Shown piece by piece: positions 8,806 through 16,832 of a stretch of DNA of 64,000 nt (positions are counted from its first letter, which is position 1; every line of letters starts with the position of its first letter). A model generated the notes under the pieces. It was not told the origin of the DNA. It saw nothing but the letters and a program-made list of their open reading frames with translations, and searched no databases. This DNA comes from Vicinamibacteria bacterium (GTDB lineage: Bacteria; Acidobacteriota; Vicinamibacteria; Marinacidobacterales; Marinacidobacteraceae). The stretch is taken from the NCBI GenBank assembly GCA_964291235.2, contig OZ219815.1, forward strand, positions 288,001 through 352,000, written 5' to 3'. The translations under genes were made by a program, and so were the position numbers.

Positions 8806-10079
8806 CCCCGCGCGAGACCTCGACCGACTACGCCCGGCCCTACCGCCCGCGGTCCGTCGCGCTCCTCAACCGGGCGGGACGGCTGGCGCGGCGGTTCGGC
8901 CTCGGCGGCGCCCTGAACGTGGACCGGATGATCGCCGCGGCGCGACGGAAGACCGGGCTGTCCGACTTCGGCGACGAGTGGTTCCTCGCGCCCCTCCGCG
9001 TCCTCGTCGATTCCATCAACCGGGAGGCGCGGCTGACGCCGATGGGCGCCCTGATCCAGCGTTCCCGGCTGGTGTCGGCCCTGGCCATCCGGCTGCGCGC
9101 CGAGCGCCTCCTGCGGGAACACCCGGAGATCCGCGATCTGGACCTCGGCAGGGTCATCGTGATCGCCGGGCTCCAGCGCACCGGCACGACCCTGCTGCAC
9201 CGGCTGATCGCCGCCGATCCCGGAGTACGCGCCCTCCGGTCCTGGGAAGCGCTGAGCCCCGTGCCGCTCCCCGGCGAAAGGCCCGGCGATCCCCGGCGCC
9301 GGGTCCGGGGGGCGAAGCTGGCGGCGCGGGCGATCCGGTTCCTGGCGCCGGACTTTCTCGCCGTCCATCCGGTCGAACCCGACGCAACGGAAGAAGACGT
9401 GCTGTTGCTCGACGTGTCCTTCATGAGCCAGTCGCCGGAGGCCACGATGCACGTGCCGGCGTACTCCCGCTGGCTCGAAGCCCAGGATCACACCAGGGCC
9501 TACGCATACCTGGCCACCCTGCTCCGGATCCTGCACTGGCAGCATCCGGGCCGGTACTGGGTGCTGAAGACGCCCCATCACCTGGAACATCTCGATGTCC
9601 TGCTGGACGCCTTCCCAAACGTGTGCGTCGTCCAGACGCATCGCGATCCGAAGGAATCCGTGCCGTCGTTCTGGAGTATGGTGGCCCACGCCAGAGGGAT
9701 GCTGAGCGACCAGGTGGACGCGCGTGAGGTCGCTGCGCACTGGCTGCGCAAGACGCGCCGGATGCTGGAGCGCTCCACGGACGTGCGAAAAGCGAGACCG
9801 GACGGGGCGTTCGTGGACGCCTCCTACCGCGACCTGGTCGGGGATCCGCTCGGCGAGCTGCGCCGGGTGTACGAGGCGGCGGGCGCCACCTTCACCGACG
9901 AGGCCGAGGCTGCCGCGAAGGCCGCCCTGGCGCAGAACGTGAAGAACCGCTACGGCCGGCACATCTACTCGGCGGCGAGCTTCGGTTTCGACGGCCGGGC
10001 CCTCGACGAGCACTTCGGCTTCTACCGGCGGGCGTACGACGTTCCCGACGCGGCGGGCGCCGGGAAGGGCAACCCGTAG
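8802..10079 (+). CDS. PAPS-dependent sulfotransferase (Sulfotransfer_3 type)
   Basis: 5'-PSB loop IAGLQRTGTTLLHRL, WVLKTPHHL, 3'-PB VQTHRDP..S. GTG start overlaps the upstream stop (GTGA at 8802-8805); the 7458 ORF start is a shadow extension. Confidence 0.88.
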   Translation: MTPRETSTDYARPYRPRSVALLNRAGRLARRFGLGGALNVDRMIAAARRKTGLSDFGDEWFLAPLRVLVDSINREARLTPMGALIQRSRLVSALAIRLRAERLLREHPEIRDLDLGRVIVIAGLQRTGTTLLHRLIAADPGVRALRSWEALSPVPLPGERPGDPRRRVRGAKLAARAIRFLAPDFLAVHPVEPDATEEDVLLLDVSFMSQSPEATMHVPAYSRWLEAQDHTRAYAYLATLLRILHWQHPGRYWVLKTPHHLEHLDVLLDAFPNVCVVQTHRDPKESVPSFWSMVAHARGMLSDQVDAREVAAHWLRKTRRMLERSTDVRKARPDGAFVDASYRDLVGDPLGELRRVYEAAGATFTDEAEAAAKAALAQNVKNRYGRHIYSAASFGFDGRALDEHFGFYRRAYDVPDAAGAGKGNP

Positions 10080-10081
10080 CG

Positions 10082-11116
10082 ATGCGCAGGATCATCAAGG
10101 CGGTATCCGGCGCGATCGGCGACCGCTACTCGCAAAGGCCAACGCTCGACCCGGTCCCGGAAAGCGTCCGGATCGACAGCAAGATCTGCCTGGTGACCGG
10201 CGCCAACAGCGGGCTCGGCAAGGCGGTGGCGGTGGACCTCGCGCGGCGCGGCGGCCGCGTCCTGATGGCCTGCCGCGGCGGCCATCCCGAAGCGGGCGAG
10301 GAGGTCCGGCGGCGCTCCGGCGCCGACTCGGTGGAGATGCTCAAGGTGGATCTAGCCGATCTGGGGTCCGTGCAAGCGCTCGCCGACCGGCTCCGGGACG
10401 CTCCCGGGCGGGTGGACATCGTGGTGCTGAACGCCGGAGTGATGCCGCGCACCGCGCGCCGGTCGGCCCAGGGCTACGAGTTGATGTTCGCAGTGCACTT
10501 CGTGGCGAATCGCCTGCTGATCGACCGGCTGCTCGCGGACGGAACGATCCGGCCGTCCGGGGATCCCGGCGAAACGCCCCGGATCGTGTTCGTGGCGTCC
10601 GAGCAGCATCGCGCGGCCCGCCCGATCGACTTCGACGCCTTCGGCGCGTTCACCGACTACGGCCTGACCGACGGCCTCTACTACTACGGGCTGAGCAAGC
10701 TGCACCTCGTCACCTACGCGAAGGAGCTCTCGCGCCGCCTGAATCCCGGCTCCGGGGTCCGGGTCGCGGTCCATTCCCTCTGCCCGGGGGCGGTCAACTC
10801 CAACCTCGCCCGCGAAGCGCCGGCGTTCCTGAAGCCGCTGCTGTTCCCGGTCATGCGCCTCGCGTTCGCCTCACCCGAGAAGGCGGCGGCGCCGGTCACC
10901 TACGCGTGCTGCGCGGAGGACACCGGCCGGCGCAGCGGGCTCTACCTGCACCTCATGCAGGAGAAAGATCCGTCCCCGCACGCGATGGACGAGGCCGCCG
11001 GCGCCCGGCTCTGGGAAGCGAGTGCCGCGCTGCTGGCAAAACACGCGCCAGCAGGCGAAGTCTCGGCGCTCCGGCGTTTGCGCGCTTCGGCTCGGCCGCT
11101 TGGCAATGACAGCTAG
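10082..11116 (+). CDS. SDR oxidoreductase, retinol dehydrogenase/WWOX-like
   Basis: VTGANSGLG, DLADLGSV, LNAGVM, YGLSK, HSLCPGAVNSNL. Confidence 0.88.
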   Translation: MRRIIKAVSGAIGDRYSQRPTLDPVPESVRIDSKICLVTGANSGLGKAVAVDLARRGGRVLMACRGGHPEAGEEVRRRSGADSVEMLKVDLADLGSVQALADRLRDAPGRVDIVVLNAGVMPRTARRSAQGYELMFAVHFVANRLLIDRLLADGTIRPSGDPGETPRIVFVASEQHRAARPIDFDAFGAFTDYGLTDGLYYYGLSKLHLVTYAKELSRRLNPGSGVRVAVHSLCPGAVNSNLAREAPAFLKPLLFPVMRLAFASPEKAAAPVTYACCAEDTGRRSGLYLHLMQEKDPSPHAMDEAAGARLWEASAALLAKHAPAGEVSALRRLRASARPLGNDS

Positions 11117-12336
11117 CGATACCCCGCAGGCCCGCCACGCGCCGGGCACACCTCCAAAGCGCCGATGTCGTGTTGGTGCACCTGCGCCGCCCATGCGGTG
11201 AACGCTGCGGTCCCGGGCAAACAAAGCGGGTTGTTCGCAAGGGTAAGGACTTCCAGTCGGACGAGCCCTACAAAGCTCTCGGGGACGACTCCTGACAGTC
11301 TGTTGTTGTCGAGGGACAGGATCGTCAGACTCGCGAGGTTACCGAGTTCGGGCGGGATGGCTCCCGACAACCCGTTGGAATGGAGCGACAGAATCGTGAG
11401 GCTGGCGAGGTCGCCGAGTTCAGGCGGGATGCCTCCCGACAGGTCGTTGGCGCCCAGATCCAGCCACGTCAGGCTGGCGAGACCGCCGAGTTCGGGCGGG
11501 ATGCCTCCCGACAGGCCGTTGGTGTGGAGCGACAGAGTCGTAAGGCTGGCAAGGTCGTCGAGTTCGGGTGGGATAGCTCCCGACAGGTCGTTGGCGGCCA
11601 GATCCAGCCACGTCAGGCTGGCGAGACCGCCGAGTTCGGGCGGGATGCCTCCCGACAGGCCGTTGGTGTGGAGCGACAGAGTCGTAAGGCTGGCAAGGTC
11701 GCCGAGTTCGGGTGGGATAGCTCCCGACAGGTCGTTGGCGCCCAGATCCAGCCCCGTCAGGCTGGCGAGACCGCCGAGTTCGGCCGGGATGGCTCCCGAC
11801 AGGCCGTTGCTGTGGAGCGACAGAGTCGTGAGGCTGGCAAGGTCGCCGAGTTCGGGTGGGATAGCTCCCGACAGGCCGTTGGCGTCGAGCAACAGGTATG
11901 TCAGGTTGGCGAGCGCGCCGAGCTCGGCGGGAATCGAGCCGGACAGATCGTTGAGGGTTAGGTCCAGGTGTGTCAGGCTGGCGAGCGCGCCTAGTTCGGG
12001 CGGAATCGAATCCGAAAGGTTGTTGTCCGCGAGAAGCAACTCGGTGACCCTTCCAGAGCTGTCGGTCTTCACCCCGAACCACTCCGACAGCGGGGCGTCG
12101 GTCAGCCAACCGCCGCTCCTGGTCCAGTTGGGCCCTCCGGTTGCCTCGTAAAGCGCCACCAGCAGCACGTCGTCGGCAACCTCGGGGACGGTCACCGGGG
12201 GGGCAGTCCCCACAGGCGTCGTTGGGGCCGGCCCCAGCGGTTCGTTGGTTCCGCCGCCGCATCCGCAAGCCCACAGGGCCACAGTCAGCAAGATCGCGGC
12301 CCGGTTCCAGGCTACGCAGCACTGCAATGAGAACAT
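11113..12336 (-). CDS. Secreted/lipoprotein leucine-rich repeat protein with plant-type 24-aa LRRs
   Basis: Signal with Cys (LWACGCGGG), Pro/Thr linker, N-cap LVALYEATGGPNW..W.GV, about 12 repeats of LxxLxLxxNxLSGxIPxELGxLxS; purine-rich RBS. Confidence 0.92.
   Translation of the reverse strand: MFSLQCCVAWNRAAILLTVALWACGCGGGTNEPLGPAPTTPVGTAPPVTVPEVADDVLLVALYEATGGPNWTRSGGWLTDAPLSEWFGVKTDSSGRVTELLLADNNLSDSIPPELGALASLTHLDLTLNDLSGSIPAELGALANLTYLLLDANGLSGAIPPELGDLASLTTLSLHSNGLSGAIPAELGGLASLTGLDLGANDLSGAIPPELGDLASLTTLSLHTNGLSGGIPPELGGLASLTWLDLAANDLSGAIPPELDDLASLTTLSLHTNGLSGGIPPELGGLASLTWLDLGANDLSGGIPPELGDLASLTILSLHSNGLSGAIPPELGNLASLTILSLDNNRLSGVVPESFVGLVRLEVLTLANNPLCLPGTAAFTAWAAQVHQHDIGALEVCPARGGPAGYR
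11330..12050. repeat. Intragenic 72-bp tandem repeats with a 144-bp higher-order period (LRR coding)
   Basis: Alternating units encoding LTTLSLH(S/T)NGLSG and LT(W/G)LDL(G/A)ANDLSG are nearly identical at DNA level. Confidence 0.9.
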
Positions 12337-12585
12337 GGGTTGTCTCCTCTCGTCCTGGCACGCATCTCCCTCTCACGAACCATCGTGGGAAACCAAGGCT
12401 CAAGGGTAGCCCAAGAGCAGACACAAGCGGGAACCAAGACATACCCGTTCTTGGGTTTGAGTAGAGGCTTCGGGGCCCGGCCCCGGCGGTGGCGGAAGGT
12501 TCGAGCCCGCACCCGTCGGCGGTGAGGGAAGATTCGCACTCGCGGCCCGTGAGAGCCTTGCCGGGCAGCCGGCCGCGTACTCACC

Positions 12586-13035
12586 GTGTTCCACTATCTG
12601 GTCGCTTCGAACCCGGTGGAGATCGATGCCCCCATCGAACGGGTGTGGGACATCCTCGTGGACTTCGAGCGCTACGGGGAGTGGAATCCCTTCACGACCC
12701 AGGTGGACGCGAGCCTCGAAATCGGCTCGCCAGTCATGCTGCACGTCAGGCTCGGGCGCCTGAAGCGGAAACAGCCCGAGCGGATCGAAACCGTCGAGCC
12801 GCCGCATCTCCTGGCCTGGGGCGTGACGATGGGCGCGCGCTTCCTGCTCGTCGCCCGCCGGGAGCAGCGGCTCGAAGCGCTGGGCGCAGCTCGCTGCCGC
12901 TACTCCACCACCGACGCCACGAGCGGGCTCCTGACCCCGCTGGTGGCCCTGCTCTTCGGCCGTCTCATCCGCCAGGGCTTCAACAACATGGCCGCAGCCC
13001 TCAAATCCCGCGCCGAAACTCGTAACCGCCAATAG
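12586..13035 (+). CDS. SRPBCC (START/polyketide cyclase-like) ligand-binding protein
   Basis: VEIDAPIERVWDILVDFERYGEWNPF...GFNNMAAALKSRAE. Confidence 0.88.
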   Translation: MFHYLVASNPVEIDAPIERVWDILVDFERYGEWNPFTTQVDASLEIGSPVMLHVRLGRLKRKQPERIETVEPPHLLAWGVTMGARFLLVARREQRLEALGAARCRYSTTDATSGLLTPLVALLFGRLIRQGFNNMAAALKSRAETRNRQ

Positions 13036-13110
13036 CCCACACGGCGCATGGGCCAGGGAGCGCCGGCCTCTGAGCTTGCCCCAGTTTCTCGGACCAGTGG
13101 GAGCGCCGGT

Positions 13111-13959
13111 TCATGGCGGCCCCCGGAGTTGTTGTTCGAAGTCTACGGGTGACAGGTAGCCGAGGGCGGAGTGCCGCCGATAAGGGTTGTACCAAGCCTC
13201 GATGAACTCGAAGACGGCTTCGCCGGCAGCTTTGGGGTTGGGGAACTGGGTCCGGTCGAGCACCTCGCACTCCAGGGTGGCGAAGAAGGACTCCGCCATC
13301 GCGTTGTCGTAGCAGTCCCCCACCGAACCCATGGAAGGCCGGACCCCGGTGGCCCGGCAGCGGCGCCCGAACGCCACCGAGGTGTATTGGCACCCCTGGT
13401 CCGAGTGGTGGATCACTCCCTGGGGCCGCCGCTGCTCGAGCGCCATGTCCAAGGCTTTCAGGACCAGGGTGGCCCGCGCATGCAGCGCCATCGCCCAGCC
13501 CACCACCCGCCGGCTGCAGGCGTCCACAACCACCGCCAGGTGCAACATTCGCGTCAGCGTCGGGATGTAGGTGATGTCGGCCACCCAGAGCTGGTCCAGA
13601 GCCGTGGCCTCGAAGTTCCGGTCCACCAGGTCCGGCGCCGGCCGCGCCTCGCCGCCCCGGATCGTGGTGCGGACGCGGCGTCGGCGGCTCACCCCACAGA
13701 TCCCCAACGCCCGCATCAGCCGCGCAACCCGCTTCCGGCTCGTCCGGTTCCCCCGCGCTGCCAACTCCGCCCGGATCCGCGGCGCCCCGTAGGTGCCTCG
13801 ACTCGCCGCATGCGCCGCCGCGATCTCCACCTTCAGGCGCTCGTCCGCCTGAACCCGTGCACTGGCCCCGCGGCCACGCCAGGCGTAGTACCCACTGCGG
13901 GACACTCCCAGCAGGCGCCCCATCTCCCGTACGCTCATCACGGCCTGGCTCGCATCCAT
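13111..13959 (-). CDS. IS3 transposase OrfB (DDE integrase core)
   Basis: TYGAPRI, WVADITYI, HHSDQGCQYTS, CYDNAMAESFFATLE, YNPYRRHSALGYLSP. Confidence 0.95.
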   Translation of the reverse strand: MDASQAVMSVREMGRLLGVSRSGYYAWRGRGASARVQADERLKVEIAAAHAASRGTYGAPRIRAELAARGNRTSRKRVARLMRALGICGVSRRRRVRTTIRGGEARPAPDLVDRNFEATALDQLWVADITYIPTLTRMLHLAVVVDACSRRVVGWAMALHARATLVLKALDMALEQRRPQGVIHHSDQGCQYTSVAFGRRCRATGVRPSMGSVGDCYDNAMAESFFATLECEVLDRTQFPNPKAAGEAVFEFIEAWYNPYRRHSALGYLSPVDFEQQLRGPP

Positions 13960-14261
13960 CAGTCGGTACCTCCCGACGATGTCTCCCGCGCGAACCAGGC
14001 CGCCGCTTTTTTTAAGAACGCGTTCTCCCGCTGCAGCCGCCGGTTCTCACGTTCCAGCCGCTTCAACTCCTCCCGCTCCTCCGTCGTCCAGCCGTCGCCC
14101 CCGCGGCCCTCCGCCGCATCCGCGTCCATCACCCAACGCCGGATCGCTCGCGGACTCGCCTCATACTCCTCCGCGACTTCCTCCGCGCTACGTCCCGCGC
14201 GAACCAGCGCAACCACCCGCTTCCGATACTCCGCCGTATATCGGCGTCCAGGACTGCCCAT
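13959..14261 (-). CDS. IS3 transposase OrfA (HTH plus leucine zipper)
   Basis: RRYTAEYRKRVVALV...ELKRLERENRRLQRENAFLKKAAAWF; GGAGGT RBS before ATG at 14261; TGATG overlap with orfB. Confidence 0.92.
   Translation of the reverse strand: MGSPGRRYTAEYRKRVVALVRAGRSAEEVAEEYEASPRAIRRWVMDADAAEGRGGDGWTTEEREELKRLERENRRLQRENAFLKKAAAWFARETSSGGTD
14006..14013 (-). other. Programmed -1 frameshift motif AAAAAAAG producing OrfAB
   Basis: Minus strand reads TTA AAA AAA GCG; the -1 frame stays open into the orfB ATG at 13959. Confidence 0.85.
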
Positions 14262-14549
14262 CTCAGACCTCCTTTGTGCCACCGGCACTATGAGTGGTCC
14301 GTTTTCCCGGGGCAACTCCACTCCAGGCCGGCACAGCCCGCCGCAGGCGGGCGGCGGGACAGACCCCCAGCAGCCTTGATGTCGCAAAGGCAAGGGAGCC
14401 CCCACCGGGAGAACTGGGCCGGCCTCCAGTTCGGCACAGCAGGGCGGGAGGCCGTAAACCGAACAGGAAAAGTCGCATTACGATTTGTAATTCTCGGCAA
14501 CTTACGGTCCAATCCCTAGAGCAGAAATGCGGCACCAATGGTGATTTGA

Positions 14550-15656
14550 TTGGGAACGATTCTGAAGTTGCGGGGCCAAAGCTCGAGACGACGCCCCGCG
14601 TCAGGGCTCGCAAGACCCTCCCCGATCAGGAACGGCCTCTTGGTGGCGGCCCTTTGCTTCGGCACGTTCTGGTCCGCGGCCGCGCCAGGGAGTGGAGTCC
14701 AGCTCCCGCCCCGGGTCCTGTTGGACCAGCTTCTGCTGCGGATCGATCGGCTGGTCGAGGCCGACGACCTCGACGCCGCGGTGCAGACAATGGAGGAGGC
14801 GCTCGCCCTCGCGGCGGAACACGAACTGGAGTTGCCCCCGGACTTCCGTTTCGAGCAGGCCCGGGTGGCGTTCGCGGTGGGGCTACTGGGGGCGGCGAAG
14901 GAATCGGTCACCGGGTACCTGGCGGTTGTGAGCCGCGAGGCGGAGTCGTACGTCGATGCCGTGGAGCTGCTGGAAGACGTGGACCGGATCCTGGAGCGCC
15001 GCGATGCGCCGGAGTGCTCGGCCCTGCCGGAGGGTCCGGCATGCTGGATGGAACTCACCAGCCATCCCGGTTGTTACGTCTGGAATCCCGCCCCGCAGGC
15101 TACGGAGACCGCGACGTGGACGGGCGAGTGCTCGGCTGGTTTCGCACAGCGCTCCGGGACGGTGATCTGGACGTATCGGGATGGCGAGCAAGAAGAGGAA
15201 GGAAACCTCCGATACGGCCGGTCGCATGGCGAGTGCCTGATCCGGGACACGGCGGGTTGGGTTTCCGAGGGGCGGTACCGGTTCGGGAAGCGACACGGAG
15301 CTTGGATCGAGAGAACCGCGGACGGAGATGTCCTGGAAGGGCCGTATGTGGATGGCGAGAGGAACGGGCGCTGGGTCGTGAGCTTTGCGGACGAAAGGGG
15401 GATCCAAGCAGGACCGTACATGGACGGGAGGCAGCACGGCCAATGGGTCCTGAAGTTCACGGACAACAGGGGAATCCAGGAAGGACCGTATCTGGACGGG
15501 AAGATGCACGGCCACTGGGTCCTGCGGTTTCCGGATGACGTGGTCGAGAGCGGGACAGTAGTGAACGGAGAGAAGCACGGCCGCTGGCGAATGGTTTTTC
15601 CCGACGGCGAAGTGACCTACTTCGAGTACGTGCACGGGGTCCGTCAGGAACCCTGA
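14550..15656 (+). CDS. Secreted MORN-like repeat protein, paralog 1 (helical N-domain, Cys module, 23-aa repeats); start uncertain
   Basis: QLPP..DQLLLR helical domain; C..P.G..CWMEL..PGC.VWN...WTGECS.G module; repeats EGPY.DG..HG.W. Confidence 0.75.
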   Translation: MGTILKLRGQSSRRRPASGLARPSPIRNGLLVAALCFGTFWSAAAPGSGVQLPPRVLLDQLLLRIDRLVEADDLDAAVQTMEEALALAAEHELELPPDFRFEQARVAFAVGLLGAAKESVTGYLAVVSREAESYVDAVELLEDVDRILERRDAPECSALPEGPACWMELTSHPGCYVWNPAPQATETATWTGECSAGFAQRSGTVIWTYRDGEQEEEGNLRYGRSHGECLIRDTAGWVSEGRYRFGKRHGAWIERTADGDVLEGPYVDGERNGRWVVSFADERGIQAGPYMDGRQHGQWVLKFTDNRGIQEGPYLDGKMHGHWVLRFPDDVVESGTVVNGEKHGRWRMVFPDGEVTYFEYVHGVRQEP

Positions 15657-15685
15657 CCGCCGACGGAAACGCGCGTCGCGACACG

Positions 15686-16804
15686 ATGGTGAGCACCGCC
15701 GCTCGGCCCGACGCGAACACCGAGCCGCCCCCGATCGAGCCCGACATTCGGGTCGGCTTCGTCCTGTTGCCGCAGTTCACCATGCTGTCCTTCGCGGGGT
15801 TCCTGGACGTGCTCCGCCACGCGTCCTATCCGGCGGACCGCGCCGGCCGGACCCATTGCGCGTGGGAGATCGTCGCGCCGACGCTGGAGCCGGTGCTGGC
15901 GAACGGCGGCGTCGCGGTGACTCCGCAGTCGCTGCTCGGGGATCCGACCCGTTTCGATTGCGTCGTCGTCGTGGGCGGTCCGTTGCCGTCGTCGCGGCGG
16001 CACCCTCCCGAGACCCTCGCGTTCCTCCGGCGGGCGGACGAGGCGGGACTGCTCATCGCGGGACTCTGCACCGGGTGTTTCGCGCTGGCGGCGGCGGGCC
16101 TGCTGGACCACTGCCGCTGTTCCGTGCACTTCCGCCACGCCGAGGAGTTCAGGGCCCGGTTCCCGCGGGCGGAGGTCGCCGTCCACGAGGTCTATGCGTT
16201 CGACCACAACATCGCCACCTGCCCCGGCGGGACCGCATCGATCGATCTTGCGGTGGACATCGTCTCCCGCTTCAGCAGCCGGACGCGGGCGACGAAGGGC
16301 CTCGCCGATCTCCTCGTGGACGAGCACCGCTCCGCGTTCCATGCCCCGGACCAGCCCTTCCGCGACCTCGAATCCTGCGGCGACAAACGCGTGGAGGCGG
16401 CTATCCGGCTGATGCGCCAGGACCTGCCAGGACATTCCTCCGTCAGGGACATCGCCCACGCCCTGCACCTGACCGTGGGCCAGCTCAACCGCGCCTTCAA
16501 GGCCCATACCGAACTCACTCCGACGGAGGTGTTTCGCGCGATGCGCCTGCAGCATGCGCGCTGGCAGCTGTTCAACTCCAGCCACTCGGTGGGCCAGATC
16601 GCCTTCGATTGCGGATTCTCGGACGGCCCGCACTTCATCCGGTGGTTCCGGCGCGTCTATGGCCAGACGCCGCATGCGGCGCGCAAGGAACGCGCTGCGG
16701 TCCGCGAGCAGGACGAAGGGTTGCGCGGCGATGCGCAGGCGTTCCGCCGGAGGGCGCCTCGCCAAACGAAGCGGGTGCGGGGCGCACCGGGCGGCGGGGC
16801 ATGA
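15686..16804 (+). CDS. GlxA-family transcriptional regulator (DJ-1/PfpI plus AraC HTH)
   Basis: GFVLLPQFTMLSFAGFLDVLRHA, GLCTGCFALAAAGLL, IAFDCGFSDGPHFIRWFRRVYGQTP. Confidence 0.9.
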   Translation: MVSTAARPDANTEPPPIEPDIRVGFVLLPQFTMLSFAGFLDVLRHASYPADRAGRTHCAWEIVAPTLEPVLANGGVAVTPQSLLGDPTRFDCVVVVGGPLPSSRRHPPETLAFLRRADEAGLLIAGLCTGCFALAAAGLLDHCRCSVHFRHAEEFRARFPRAEVAVHEVYAFDHNIATCPGGTASIDLAVDIVSRFSSRTRATKGLADLLVDEHRSAFHAPDQPFRDLESCGDKRVEAAIRLMRQDLPGHSSVRDIAHALHLTVGQLNRAFKAHTELTPTEVFRAMRLQHARWQLFNSSHSVGQIAFDCGFSDGPHFIRWFRRVYGQTPHAARKERAAVREQDEGLRGDAQAFRRRAPRQTKRVRGAPGGGA

Positions 16805-16832
16805 CCGCTACGCCGCCGGGAGGAAAGTCGCG

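Larger units (their letters stand above)
13071..14320 (-). mobile_element. Complete IS3-family insertion sequence (1250 bp), TG...CA ends, 40-bp imperfect IRs, 3-bp target duplication CTC
   Basis: IR 13071-13110 vs reverse complement of 14281-14320 match at 26/40 positions; CTC at 13068-13070 and 14321-14323; encodes orfA and orfB. Confidence 0.95.
13056..14440. repeat. REP cluster: one copy split by the IS3 element (13056-13070 plus 14321-14337) and a second copy at 14417-14440
   Basis: Removing the IS and one CTC gives gggagcgccggcctccaggccggcacagc. 14321-14360 matches the reverse complement of 2531-2570 with 1 mismatch. Confidence 0.85.

Noticed and set aside
11330-12050. Regular 72-bp repeats as a CRISPR array
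   Set aside because: In-frame LRR coding repeats with no unique spacers, and no cas genes in the window.
12485-12525. tRNA-like GGTTCGAGCCC motif
   Set aside because: No proper T-stem, acceptor stem, anticodon arm or CCA could be folded.
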